Below, in pieces: positions 10,182 through 19,438 of a stretch of DNA of 50,132 bases. Within the stretch, counting starts at the first letter, position 1. Each line of letters opens with the position of its first letter. Position numbers and translations under genes: made by a program. Below the pieces are notes generated by a model that worked only from the letters and a program-made list of their open reading frames with translations, was not told the DNA's origin and did not search any database. Source of the DNA: Armatimonadota bacterium (lineage in GTDB: Bacteria; Sysuimicrobiota; Sysuimicrobiia; Sysuimicrobiales; Kaftiobacteriaceae); contig JAHZOA010000005.1 in NCBI GenBank assembly GCA_020028455.1, forward strand, positions 1 through 50,132, read 5' to 3'.

Positions 10182-11509
10182 GTTCCGCTCCTCGCAGGGA
10201 TGGGCGAAGGTCGCTGTGTTGGAATCCCGACCCGCTCCAAAATCTCATCGACGTGCCTCGTGTAGTGCTCAAGGTCGAACAGTTCATCCAGCTCTTGCTC
10301 AGTGAATCGACCGCTCTTCAGCAGCCCGGTACGAAACGAAGCCGTTCTTTCGACTGCGGCCATTGAGGCATCCTGAACGATTCGGTAGGCATCATCGCGG
10401 GACAGGCCGCGATCAAGTAGCGCGAGCAGCACTCGATGGCTGAAGACGAGTCCCCCGGTTCGCTCGAGATTGGCGCGCATCCGATCAGGTTCTACGACGA
10501 GACCCTTCAGCACGAATGCCAACTTGCGCAGCATGTAGTGGAGCAGCGCTGTAGCGCCGGGGATGGCGATGCGTTCCGCGGATGAATGGGAAATATCGCG
10601 CTCGCCCCAGAGGGCCTGATCCTCAAAGCCCGTCGTCGCGTACCCGCGAAGCACCCTGGCCAAGCCGGCGATGCGCTCACAGAGGATCGGGTTCCGCTTA
10701 TGCGGCATGGCGGACGAACCGGTCTGGCCCTTCAGGAAGGGCTCCCCGACTTCTCCAATCTCGGTGCGCGCGAGGTTCCGGATTTCTGTGGCGATCTTCT
10801 CAAGGGTTCCCCCGAGAATTGCGATTGCCGCGAGATACTCGGCGTGCCGGTCACGCTGGAGGATTTGAGAGGAGACCGCGGCGGGAGCCAACTTGAGGGC
10901 ACGGCATACATGTGCTTCAACAGATGGTGGCACGTGGGCGTACGTCCCAACCTCGCCGGAGACCTTGCCGACCGCAACCTGTTCGCGCGCGCGGCGAAGC
11001 CGTTCCAAACCGCGCATGACTTCTGCAAGCCACAGCGCCGTTTTCAATCCGAATGTGGTGGGTTCTGCCTGCATCCCGTGCGTTCGGCCCGCCATCATCG
11101 TGTACCGATGTTCGCTGGCCAGCCGCCGGAGTGCATCGACGACCGTCTGTCCCTCGTTGAGGAGCAAGTCGGCCGCGCGCACCATGAGGACAGAAAGACC
11201 GGTGTCGACGACATCAGATGATCCCAATCCGTGGTGGAGGTACCTGGCGTCGGCGCCGCTTTCTTCGGCAACAGAGCGAAGAAACGCCACCACGTCGTGC
11301 TGGGTCTGCGTTGCCTCGATCTCATCGATCCGCGCAGCGGACCCTACCTTGGCTGTGTTCCGCAGCCGGACGGCGGCCTCGCCCGGCACCAGCCCGACCT
11401 CAGCCTCCGCCTCGCATGCGAGGAGCTCGATCTCGAGCCAGATTGCAAACTTGGTCTCAGGCGACCACAGCTCTCGCATTTCGAGTGTCGTGTACCGATC
11501 GATCATCAC
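10178..11509 (-). CDS. purB: adenylosuccinate lyase
   Basis: MIDRY, GRTHG, GSSAMPHKRNP, ERDISHSS. Confidence 0.97.
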   Translation of the reverse strand: MMIDRYTTLEMRELWSPETKFAIWLEIELLACEAEAEVGLVPGEAAVRLRNTAKVGSAARIDEIEATQTQHDVVAFLRSVAEESGADARYLHHGLGSSDVVDTGLSVLMVRAADLLLNEGQTVVDALRRLASEHRYTMMAGRTHGMQAEPTTFGLKTALWLAEVMRGLERLRRAREQVAVGKVSGEVGTYAHVPPSVEAHVCRALKLAPAAVSSQILQRDRHAEYLAAIAILGGTLEKIATEIRNLARTEIGEVGEPFLKGQTGSSAMPHKRNPILCERIAGLARVLRGYATTGFEDQALWGERDISHSSAERIAIPGATALLHYMLRKLAFVLKGLVVEPDRMRANLERTGGLVFSHRVLLALLDRGLSRDDAYRIVQDASMAAVERTASFRTGLLKSGRFTEQELDELFDLEHYTRHVDEILERVGIPTQRPSPIPARSGT

Positions 11510-12798
11510 GAACCTCCGACCGGTGAAGCAATGTCCCGACGGCCAAATCCCGTCGGAATCAACGCTTCACGCTCCTGACCCACGCCGACCATCGACACGG
11601 GTACGCCGACGATTTCGGCGAGGCGAGAGAGAAATGCGCGGCTCTCATGCGGCAAATCGTCCGGCGTGCGCGCATCGGCCGTGCCCTGCCAGCCTCGAAG
11701 TTCCTCATAGACAGGCTCAACACGTGAGAGGACGGCGGTGTGCGGTATGGTGTCCAGCATGCGTCTGCCATCTTTGTAGGCGACACAGATTTTCACAGAC
11801 TCGAATCCATCGAGGACGTCGAGCTTCATGACTGCGAGTTCCGTAAACCCGGAGACCTCCGCCGCGTACTTTGCGGCAACGCAGTCAAACCACCCGCAGC
11901 GACGTGGCCGGCCCGTCGACGCGCCGTATTCCTGGCCCACATCCCGCAGACGCGTGGCCGTCTTGTCGCGCAGCTCGGTCGGCATAGGACCCGCGCCGAC
12001 AGCAGTGGTGTACGCCTTGACCACGCCGATGACGCGCGTGATCCGTTGCGGAGGAATCCCCGCGCCTGCGCACGCCCCACCCGCAAGACAGGTGGACGAC
12101 GTCACGTATGGGTAGGCGCCCCAGTCTAGGTCCCGCATCACTCCCAACTGTCCCTCGAGCAGGATCGCCTCGTCGCGGCGCAGGGCCGTTTGGACCAGCG
12201 GATGAGTGTCGACTATGTAAGGGGATAGTTTGTCTGCCCACTCCTCGCACAGGTACCAAAGCTCGCCCGGTGTCACCGTGCGGCCGAGTAGCGCTGCCGT
12301 ATGCCTGGCAACCTCATCGAGCCGGTCCTGGAGAAAGTCGGGTTCGAGGAGATCGCCGGCGCGAATCCCAAAGCGTGCGGCTTTGTCTGCGTACACGGGC
12401 CAGATCCCCCGCCGTGTCGTGCCGTGCGCCTTCTTCCCTCGGGTCACTTCCTCGCGCTCATCAAGCTCAACATGAAACGGGAAAACAAGATGCGCGCGGT
12501 CAGAGATACGGAGCCGGGAGGTTGAAATGCCGGCACCGTGGAGGATTTCCAGTTCGTCGAACAATGCCGTTGGATTGACGACGACTCCCGGGCCGATGAC
12601 GCACTCAACTTCAGGATGCGTAATCCCGGACGGCACGAGGTGCAGCCGAAGCGTTCCATGTCCGCCGACAATGGTATGTCCGGCGTTATTGCCACCATTG
12701 AAGCGGATGACCATGTGCGCATCCGCCGCAAGAGCATCGACAACCTTGCCCTTGCCCTCGTCCCCCCAGTGGCCGCCGACGATAGCTGTAACAGGCAT
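11506..12798 (-). CDS. purA: adenylosuccinate synthetase
   Basis: WGDEGKGK, GGNNAGHT, YPYVTSS, TGRPRRCGWFD, KLDVL. Confidence 0.95.
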   Translation of the reverse strand: MPVTAIVGGHWGDEGKGKVVDALAADAHMVIRFNGGNNAGHTIVGGHGTLRLHLVPSGITHPEVECVIGPGVVVNPTALFDELEILHGAGISTSRLRISDRAHLVFPFHVELDEREEVTRGKKAHGTTRRGIWPVYADKAARFGIRAGDLLEPDFLQDRLDEVARHTAALLGRTVTPGELWYLCEEWADKLSPYIVDTHPLVQTALRRDEAILLEGQLGVMRDLDWGAYPYVTSSTCLAGGACAGAGIPPQRITRVIGVVKAYTTAVGAGPMPTELRDKTATRLRDVGQEYGASTGRPRRCGWFDCVAAKYAAEVSGFTELAVMKLDVLDGFESVKICVAYKDGRRMLDTIPHTAVLSRVEPVYEELRGWQGTADARTPDDLPHESRAFLSRLAEIVGVPVSMVGVGQEREALIPTGFGRRDIASPVGGS

Positions 12799-13326
12799 TC
12801 AGGTGCTCCTGACCTCAATCTTGCGCGCCATGCCTGCCTTGAAATCTCGCAGTCGTTTGTTCAGCTCAGTGTCCCCGACTGCAAGAATTTGAACGGCCAG
12901 GATCGCGGCGTTGCGCGCGCCCCAGCTACCGATTGAGACGGTCGCGACCGGAACGCCCGGTGGCATTTGTACCGTCGACAGCAGCGCATCCAATCCGCCG
13001 AGTCCGGTGGCCTCGAGGGGAACCCCGATCACCGGTAAGACGGTGCGGGCAGCCAGCGACCCTGCCAGGTGTGCCGCCCCTCCGGCCGCCGCAATCAGCA
13101 CGCGGATCCCGCGCTCCTCGGCAGTGCGAGCATATCGGTCTAGGAGATCCGGTGACCGGTGCGCCGATGCAACGACGATTTCATGTGGCACATCAAACTC
13201 GGTAAGTGTCTTCGCGGCATCTTCCACTACCGGACGATCGGAATCGCTGCCAAGGACGATGCCCACCAGCGGTCGTCGGTCGTGGGTCGTGGGTCGTGGG
13301 TTCTGTAGGCTCGTAGTCTCGTCCAT
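12799..13326 (-). CDS. purE: N5-CAIR mutase
   Basis: GSDSD, SAHR, AAHL.G, PVIGVP, VQMPPGVPVATV. Confidence 0.96.
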   Translation of the reverse strand: MDETTSLQNPRPTTHDRRPLVGIVLGSDSDRPVVEDAAKTLTEFDVPHEIVVASAHRSPDLLDRYARTAEERGIRVLIAAAGGAAHLAGSLAARTVLPVIGVPLEATGLGGLDALLSTVQMPPGVPVATVSIGSWGARNAAILAVQILAVGDTELNKRLRDFKAGMARKIEVRST

Positions 13327-13392
13327 CTATCGATTCCCCTCCGTAGTCGCGGCAAGTTCTGTCCTACGACCTACGACCAACGACCTACGACC
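13271..13392. repeat. inverted heptamer arrays (GGTCGTG)4 ... (CCTACGA)4 straddling the purD/purE junction
   Basis: Arms at 13271-13298 and 13363-13392 are mutually complementary; both lie inside coding sequence. Confidence 0.85.
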
Positions 13393-14622
13393 GATGTCTG
13401 TTCGGAAGTGCATGGCTTCGAAATGAATGTGAGAGATCGCCGAGTACGCACGATCGGCGGCCTCTGCCAGGGTTTCCGCCCTGCCGACCAGATTCAGGAC
13501 TCGACCGCCCGCGGTCACCAGACGGCCATGTGAAATGGCCGTTCCAGCGTGGAACACGATGGCGTCATCAACATCGCCTAGTCCGGAGATCGGATGACCT
13601 GTCTCGATGGGACCAGGATAGCCTCGGGATGCGATCACGACGCAGGCGGCAGAACCCGGAATCCAACTCAGACGGGGGGTGCCTCCATCTAACAGATCGA
13701 CGATCGTCTCGGCCAGATCGCTTTCGAGCAGAGGCAAGATCGCCTGCGTCTCAGGGTCGCCGAAGCGGCAGTTGAACTCCAGCGCCTTCGGCCCATCGTC
13801 CGTGACCATCACACCGGCATACAGGACACCGCAGTATGGCCGCCCTTCGTCCGCCATTACAGCCACAGCGGGCTCGATGATCGTCTCAACGACCTCCGCC
13901 GCCACGGAGAGCGGAATCATTCCGGGAGCAATCGCCCCCATGCCGCCGGTGTTTGGTCCGCGGTCGTCCTCCAGGGCGCGCTTGTAGTCTTGCGCCGGGA
14001 GCAGCGGCACGATGCCCCCCGGCCCAACTAGGGCGATGACGCTCGCCTCGTAACCCTGCAGGCGCTCTTCGATTAGGATCCTCGCACCCGCGCTGCCGAA
14101 CTTGCGGGCTACCATGAAGTCGAAGACTGCTCGCTCCGCCTCCGCGCGAACTTCAGTCACGACCACGCCCTTGCCGGCGGCGAGGCCGTCCGCTTTGATG
14201 ACAAGCGGCCGGCCTGCGTCGCGGATGTACCTCAGCGCCTCGGAACTTTCCGTGAACACTTCAAATGGTGCCGTGGGGATCTCGTGACTCGCCATTAACT
14301 GCTTGGCAAACACTTTGCTGCCTTCGATCTCGGCGGCGGCCTGCGACGGACCAAAAATCCGCAATCCCCGCGCGCGAAAGATATCCACCAGACCTGATAC
14401 CAGCGGGGCTTCTGGCCCGACGATGGTGAAGTCGACGGAAAGCTCCGACGCCGCGTGGGTTAAGGCCTCAAGGTTTGAGGGGTCAATCGGAAGACACTGG
14501 GCTAGAGCAGCGATGCCTGGATTTCCCGGTGCGGCGTAGACCTGTGCTGGGGTTTGACCCTGGCGAAGCTTCCACACCAGGGCGTGCTCCCTCCCCCCGG
14601 CACCAACGACCAAAACTCGCAA
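13327..14622 (-). CDS. purD: phosphoribosylamine-glycine ligase
   Basis: GAGGREHAL, KADGLAAGKGV, GPNTGGMG, RFGDPETQ, FHAGT; TTG start. Confidence 0.97.
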   Translation of the reverse strand: MRVLVVGAGGREHALVWKLRQGQTPAQVYAAPGNPGIAALAQCLPIDPSNLEALTHAASELSVDFTIVGPEAPLVSGLVDIFRARGLRIFGPSQAAAEIEGSKVFAKQLMASHEIPTAPFEVFTESSEALRYIRDAGRPLVIKADGLAAGKGVVVTEVRAEAERAVFDFMVARKFGSAGARILIEERLQGYEASVIALVGPGGIVPLLPAQDYKRALEDDRGPNTGGMGAIAPGMIPLSVAAEVVETIIEPAVAVMADEGRPYCGVLYAGVMVTDDGPKALEFNCRFGDPETQAILPLLESDLAETIVDLLDGGTPRLSWIPGSAACVVIASRGYPGPIETGHPISGLGDVDDAIVFHAGTAISHGRLVTAGGRVLNLVGRAETLAEAADRAYSAISHIHFEAMHFRTDIGRRSLVVGRRTELAATTEGNR

Positions 14623-14634
14623 TCAGGCCCTCGG

Positions 14635-14647
14635 AATGTTCGGATTT
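14635..14647 (-). promoter_or_regulatory. PurBox-like site (PRPP-sensing PurR type)
   Basis: Minus strand AAATCCGAACATT matches AWWWCCGAACWWT exactly. Confidence 0.65.
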
Positions 14648-14697
14648 CGGGTCCAGATGAGGGCAGATCAGCCACGAAATCCCATCCGGCCAAGCAG

Positions 14698-14726
14698 ATT
14701 CTATACGATATGTCGAAGGTGGGCAA
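14698..14726 (-). promoter_or_regulatory. sigma70-type promoter of the pur operon
   Basis: TTGCCC (14726-14721), 17 nt spacer, TAGAAT (14703-14698). Confidence 0.65.
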
Positions 14727-14727
14727 C

Positions 14728-14740
14728 ATTGTTCGTATTT
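14728..14740 (-). promoter_or_regulatory. second PurBox-like site abutting the -35
   Basis: Minus strand AAATACGAACAAT, one mismatch to AWWWCCGAACWWT. Confidence 0.6.
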
Positions 14741-14758
14741 AAGGAAGACTCTTTAGGC

Positions 14759-14795
14759 AAAAAACAAGAGGCCCCGGATGGAACCCGGAGCCCCT
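14759..14795 (-). terminator. intrinsic terminator after groEL
   Basis: Minus strand AGGGGCTCCGG-loop-CCGGGGCCTCT followed by TGTTTTTT. Confidence 0.85.
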
Positions 14796-14816
14796 TTGGC
14801 TGCTCTTATGCGAGAT

Positions 14817-16433
14817 CTACATCGGCGGCATCTGCGGCATTGCGGGCGTCCTCTCTCCCTCTTCTTCAGGCTTCTCCACCACCATTGCTTCGGTGGTAAG
14901 AAGTAGCGACGCGATGCTCGCCGCGTTCTGCAGAGCGGAGCGGACGACCTTGGCGGGATCCACGATGCCGGCTTTGCTCATATCCTCGAACTTCCCGCTT
15001 AGCACGTTGTAGCCGATCCCAGGCTTCTGCTCCTTCTGCTGCTCAACGATGAGCCAGCCTTCCTGGCCGGCGTTGACCGCCAGCTGGTGGGCGGGTTCAA
15101 GGAGCGCCTTCGTGACCAGGGCGACGCCAATCTTCTCGTCACCTTCGGCTTCAATCTTCTCGAGGGCTTTGACCGCCTGAACCAGGACGCTGCCGCCCCC
15201 CGGAACAACCCCCTCTTCAACTGCGGAACGTGTCGCGCGCAGCGCGTCCTCAGTGCGGGTCTTGCGGTACTTGAGCTCTACCTCGCTCGGCGCGCCAACC
15301 TTGATCACCGCCACGCCGCCGGAGAGCTTCCCGAGCCGCTCCTGCAGCTTTTCCTTGTCGTAGTCCGAATCCGTGTCCTCGATCTGCTTGCGCAACTGCC
15401 CGACGCGCTTCTGGATTGCGTCCTGGTTGCCGCCACCGCCCACGAGGATCGTCTCCTCCTTGCGGATGCGCACCTGCTTGGCGCGGCCGAGCTTGGAGAG
15501 ATCGATCGACTCGAGCTTCAAGCCGATTTCTTCGGAGATCACCTGGCCATTGGTGAGAATGGCGATGTCTTCGAGGATTGCCTTCCGCCGCTCACCGAAT
15601 GCGGGCGCCTTCACGGCTACGGACTGCAGCGTGCCTCGCAGCTTGTTCACGACCAGCGTCGCGAGGGCCTCCCCCTCTAGGTCCTCCGCGATGATCATAA
15701 GCGGCCGGTTAACCTGTGCGATCTTCTCCAGGACTGGAAGGAGATCTTTGACCGCGGAGATCTTCTTGTCGGTGATTAGTATGAAGGGATCCTCAAGGAC
15801 CGCTTCCATCTTTTCAGGATCGGTAACGAAGTACGGAGAGATGTAGCCTTTGTCAAACATCATGCCTTCGACGACCTCGACCGTCGTCTCGATCCCCTTG
15901 CTCTCTTCTACTGTGATGACGCCGTCCTTGCCGACCTTGTCCATGGCATCCGCAATCAGCGTGCCGATGTCGGGATCGTTTGCAGAAATGCTGGCAACGG
16001 ACTGAATCGCCTCTTTGGTCTCAACCGGCTTGCTGACCTTGCGGATCTCCTCGATGGCGACGGCGACCGCCTTATCAATGCCTCGCTTCAGCGACATCGG
16101 GTTTGCGCCTGCGGCAACCATCTTGAACCCATCCCGAACCAGGGACTGAGCCAGGATCGTCGCGGTCGTCGTACCGTCGCCGGCCACATCCTCGGTCTTC
16201 GTCGCGACCTCACGCACGAGCTGCGCGCCGGCGTTCTCGAAGGGATCCTCCAGTTCGATCTCCTTCGCCACCGTCACGCCGTCATGAGTGATCGTCGGTG
16301 AGCCAAACTTCTTTTCAATTACGACGTTGCGGCCCTTCGGTCCGAGCGTGATCCTCACGGCGTCGGCCAGCTTGTTGACGCCGCGCTCCATCGCCCTCCG
16401 GGCCGTCTCGTTATAGGCTAAGATCTTCGGCAA
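14817..16433 (-). CDS. groL: chaperonin GroEL
   Basis: [36 protein letters not shown]; TTG start after GGAGG. Confidence 0.98.
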   Translation of the reverse strand: MPKILAYNETARRAMERGVNKLADAVRITLGPKGRNVVIEKKFGSPTITHDGVTVAKEIELEDPFENAGAQLVREVATKTEDVAGDGTTTATILAQSLVRDGFKMVAAGANPMSLKRGIDKAVAVAIEEIRKVSKPVETKEAIQSVASISANDPDIGTLIADAMDKVGKDGVITVEESKGIETTVEVVEGMMFDKGYISPYFVTDPEKMEAVLEDPFILITDKKISAVKDLLPVLEKIAQVNRPLMIIAEDLEGEALATLVVNKLRGTLQSVAVKAPAFGERRKAILEDIAILTNGQVISEEIGLKLESIDLSKLGRAKQVRIRKEETILVGGGGNQDAIQKRVGQLRKQIEDTDSDYDKEKLQERLGKLSGGVAVIKVGAPSEVELKYRKTRTEDALRATRSAVEEGVVPGGGSVLVQAVKALEKIEAEGDEKIGVALVTKALLEPAHQLAVNAGQEGWLIVEQQKEQKPGIGYNVLSGKFEDMSKAGIVDPAKVVRSALQNAASIASLLLTTEAMVVEKPEEEGERTPAMPQMPPM

Positions 16434-16456
16434 CTGCAGTCACCTCCATGAAGATT

Positions 16457-16531
16457 GTTGGCAGCTTGCAGCTTGCGGCTAGCAGAGTAGACAGGAGTTG
16501 GCTGCCAGCTGCATGCTGCCAACTGTTAGCT
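16457..16531. repeat. inverted heptamer arrays (TGCAGCT)n ... (GCTGCCA)n between groES and groEL
   Basis: ggcagct tgcagct tgcggct agcag ... gctgcca gctgcat gctgcca actgtta. Confidence 0.75.
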
Positions 16532-16845
16532 TATTTCTTAACGCCTGCAGGCTCGCGCTCCACAAGGGCGAGGATGTCGCTGTGGCGCAGGATCAAATAC
16601 TCCTGGCCGTCGATCTTGACTTCGCTCCCTGAGTACTTCGCGTAGAGCACGCGGTCGCCAGCCTTCACATCGAGAGGAATGCGCTTCTCGCCTTCCTCAT
16701 CCCAGTCGCCTGGACCGGCGGCAACGACCTCTCCGTGTTGTGGCTTCTCCTTCGCCGTATCGGGGATGACGATGCCACCCTTCGAGCGCTCCTCTTCCTC
16801 GAGCGGCTTGACCACAACGCGGTCGCCAAGGGGCCGCAAATTCAT
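16531..16845 (-). CDS. groS: co-chaperonin GroES
   Basis: [29 protein letters not shown]. Confidence 0.98.
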   Translation of the reverse strand: MNLRPLGDRVVVKPLEEEERSKGGIVIPDTAKEKPQHGEVVAAGPGDWDEEGEKRIPLDVKAGDRVLYAKYSGSEVKIDGQEYLILRHSDILALVEREPAGVKK

Positions 16846-16880
16846 GGTTCTCCCTCCTTCACGTTATGCAGATTCGGGAA

Positions 16881-16907
16881 TTAGCACTCTCTGATATAGA
16901 GTGCTAG
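16881..16907. promoter_or_regulatory. CIRCE element (HrcA operator)
   Basis: TTAGCACTC-N9-GAGTGCTAG, one mismatch to consensus, upstream of groES. Confidence 0.93.
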
Positions 16908-16916
16908 ACCGTTTCC

Positions 16917-16945
16917 ATCTTATGAAAGAGCCGAGTGGCAATCAA
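16917..16945 (-). promoter_or_regulatory. groESL promoter
   Basis: TTGATT (16945-16940), 17 nt spacer, TAAGAT (16922-16917), just upstream of CIRCE. Confidence 0.65.
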
Positions 16946-17089
16946 GCCATCCAGCCCCGAGACTCTATAAATGGCCAGATTCCCTGGTTTTGGTGTTGGG
17001 ACCCTGCCAGTTCTCGATTCTACACGAATTTCCGCAATCGGGTAAGTGCCGCCGAGGGGGCACGCTACCAAAATGATCAAAAAGATGCC

Positions 17090-17119
17090 TTACTCACAGG
17101 GTTATTCACATTATCCACA
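17090..17119 (+). promoter_or_regulatory. cluster of DnaA-box-like 9-mers
   Basis: TTACTCACA (17090-98), TTATTCACA (17102-10), TTATCCACA (17111-19), all in the same orientation. Confidence 0.6.
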
Positions 17120-17167
17120 GGTGATCTGTCCCCAGGGGGCTCCCCAACCCCCCAGGGCGTTCGGCCT

Positions 17168-18193
17168 TCAGGCAGGAAGGCGTTCGGTTCTCCGCCCCAA
17201 AGGCAGGTCGCTGTAGGCTGAGAGGGCAAGGTCGTCGCGCAGACCCCGGCCGAAGCGGTAGTCTCCTGCAGCCGCGACCATGGCAGCGTTGTCCGTGCAG
17301 AGTGCCGGTGGGGGGATGACCAGTCGGTATCCTTTGCCGGCGCATGCTTGCTCCATCCTGGCCCGGAGAACGCTGTTCGCCGCCACGCCCCCGACGAGGA
17401 TCACCGTCCGTGGGCGCGCGCGCTCAGCCGCGGCCATGGTCTTGTTCACCAGTACCTTTGCGACGACATGCTGGACGCTTGCTGCCAAATCGACTGCCCA
17501 TTGACCATCTGAAGGGTGGTTAGCTTTCCGCAATGCCAGGAGGGCGGCGGTCTTCAGTCCGCTGAACGAGAAGTCCAAGGATCCATCGGGCATCGGCAGC
17601 GGCAGCGCTACCTTTGTTGGATCACCCTGCCGGCCCAACTCGTCGAGCTCTGGACCACCGGGATAGGGCAGCCCCATCGCACGGGCAATCTTGTCGAAGG
17701 CCTCCCCTGCGGCATCGTCGCGCGTCCGACCCAGGACATCGTAGGAGCCATGAGCGCTCATCGCGACCAGATCGGTGTGTGCGCCGGAAACAATGAGCGC
17801 GAGCACGGGAAACTCGATCTCCGGCTCGGAGAGAAAGGCGGCGTAGATGTGGCCTTCGAGGTGGTTGATCCCAATCAGTGGACGAGGAAGACTGAGCGCC
17901 AACCCTTTCGCTGCGGCCACGCCGACTGTGAGCGCTCCGACGAGGCCCGGTCCGTGGGACACGGCGATGCCCTCGACCCGGGTCAACGGGAGTCCTGCCT
18001 GCTCGAGCGATTCATCGAGCACGGGCAGCAGCCGTTCCACGTGCTTACGGGACGCAAGCTCGGGGACGACGCCGCCGAAACGACGGTGGAGCTGCACCTG
18101 CGAGGCAACCACGTTGCTGCGGATCCTGCGACCATCTTCGACGACCGCGACGGCCGTCTCGTCACAGGATGTTTCAATACCGAGAACGATCAC
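17168..18193 (-). CDS. tsaD: tRNA t6A N6-threonylcarbamoyltransferase
   Basis: GIETSCDET, GGVVPELASR, NHLEGH, DDAAGEAFDK, FSFSGLKT, CTDNAAM. Confidence 0.97.
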   Translation of the reverse strand: MIVLGIETSCDETAVAVVEDGRRIRSNVVASQVQLHRRFGGVVPELASRKHVERLLPVLDESLEQAGLPLTRVEGIAVSHGPGLVGALTVGVAAAKGLALSLPRPLIGINHLEGHIYAAFLSEPEIEFPVLALIVSGAHTDLVAMSAHGSYDVLGRTRDDAAGEAFDKIARAMGLPYPGGPELDELGRQGDPTKVALPLPMPDGSLDFSFSGLKTAALLALRKANHPSDGQWAVDLAASVQHVVAKVLVNKTMAAAERARPRTVILVGGVAANSVLRARMEQACAGKGYRLVIPPPALCTDNAAMVAAAGDYRFGRGLRDDLALSAYSDLPLGRRTERLPA

Positions 18194-18720
18194 TCACTTC
18201 TTTCGAGGTCTGCCCGGAGTTGCACGAGTCGATCCTTGAAAGACGTGTCCAGCAGGCTTCCCGTCCACATGATGATCGCGTCCTCACGGTTATCACTGTA
18301 GTACCCCTTGCGGGTGCCGATCTCTCGGAACCCATACTTCTTATAGAGCTTCTGAGCGGTCAGATTGGAGCGGCGCACCTCGAGGGTCATCCACCGGGCG
18401 CCACGTTCGACCGAGGCATCAATCAGCCCGACGAGCAGCCGCTCGCCGACGTGCATGCCGCGAAACGCGGGGTCAACCGCGATGGTCGTGATGTGCGCCT
18501 CGTCAAGGATCACCCACATCCCGCAGTAACCGACGATCTGCTCGTCGGCCCTAGCAATGAAGTACGTGGCCAGACGATTTTCCTTCAACTCATGCACATA
18601 GGCATCGCGCGGCCACGGCGTCCGGAAGGACTCGCGCTCGATCTCCAGCACGCGCGGGATGTCCACCGCGGACATTGGCTCAAGTGTGACGCGGACCAAC
18701 TGCTTCATGCGACCTAACAT
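18190..18720 (-). CDS. rimI: ribosomal-protein-alanine N-acetyltransferase (GNAT)
   Basis: EAHITTIAV, LEVRRSN, LY.KYGF, RKGYY..EDA; sits between tsaB and tsaD. Start 18720 or 18708. Confidence 0.9.
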   Translation of the reverse strand: MLGRMKQLVRVTLEPMSAVDIPRVLEIERESFRTPWPRDAYVHELKENRLATYFIARADEQIVGYCGMWVILDEAHITTIAVDPAFRGMHVGERLLVGLIDASVERGARWMTLEVRRSNLTAQKLYKKYGFREIGTRKGYYSDNREDAIIMWTGSLLDTSFKDRLVQLRADLERSE

Positions 18721-18769
18721 ATTTGCTTCTTTTCCTGCTCCTTCGCTCCTTGTTCTGGTCTCGACGCAG

Positions 18770-19438
18770 TTAGGCCACAGGCACGCGGGCATATACGGGC
18801 AATACGTGGTAGAGATCATCGTGCTCGCCTCGCGCCAATCGCGGCCAGCCGATCCGGCCGACGTGCGCTGCGCGCGGGGCCCACTGCGCTCGAGGCGCGA
18901 TGGTCGCGCGTTCACCGAGGCGGGAGGTCACCTCGCGTTCATACATCGCGAGGGCATCGCCAGCGAACGTAATAGGCCCTTCCGGCGGGAGCTTCTCCAG
19001 GATCTGGTCCAGCGGAGCGACGATTTGACCCAGGACTTGTTTGGGCTCGGCACCATTCGTCAGGAACAACGCCGCCGCGACTTCACCGCGCCGCGCGTCG
19101 AGCATCGGACACACGTAGCCGTCGGGGGCCACCCCGGCTGCCAGTGCGGCAAGGGTCGAGACGCCCACAACTGGAACCCCGCGCGCCCGACCCCACGCGA
19201 CCGCTGTGGCGATACCGATCCGCAGGCTCGTGAAGCCACCCGGACCCACCGACACGGCGACGGCCTCGATCTCTGATGGTGACAGGCCAGCCTCGCCCAG
19301 GAGGCGCTGGATCGCAGGGGCCAGCCACTCCAGATGGCGCCGCGGGACTTCTTCCTCAATGATCCGGACGAGGCGCTCACGTTCAAGAATGGCTACCCCG
19401 CCGAGCGACGTCGAGGTTTCAATGGCGAGGATGCGCAT
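18770..19438 (-). CDS. tsaB: t6A biosynthesis protein TsaB
   Basis: LAIETST, GPG.FT.LRIG, DARRGEV, P.Y.R. Confidence 0.93.
   Translation of the reverse strand: MRILAIETSTSLGGVAILERERLVRIIEEEVPRRHLEWLAPAIQRLLGEAGLSPSEIEAVAVSVGPGGFTSLRIGIATAVAWGRARGVPVVGVSTLAALAAGVAPDGYVCPMLDARRGEVAAALFLTNGAEPKQVLGQIVAPLDQILEKLPPEGPITFAGDALAMYEREVTSRLGERATIAPRAQWAPRAAHVGRIGWPRLARGEHDDLYHVLPVYARVPVA

Noticed and set aside
11506-12798. PurZ (2-aminoadenine pathway)
   Set aside because: The catalytic Asp in WGDEGKG is retained and the gene sits in a normal pur operon.
14623-14700. purine, ZTP or PRPP riboswitch in the pur leader
   Set aside because: The leader is only ~70 nt and I could not see the conserved cores of these aptamers; a cmscan would settle it.
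16950-17165. oriC
   Set aside because: Only three boxes, no DnaA-trio/DUE run, no dnaA or dnaN nearby, and no switch in gene orientation.
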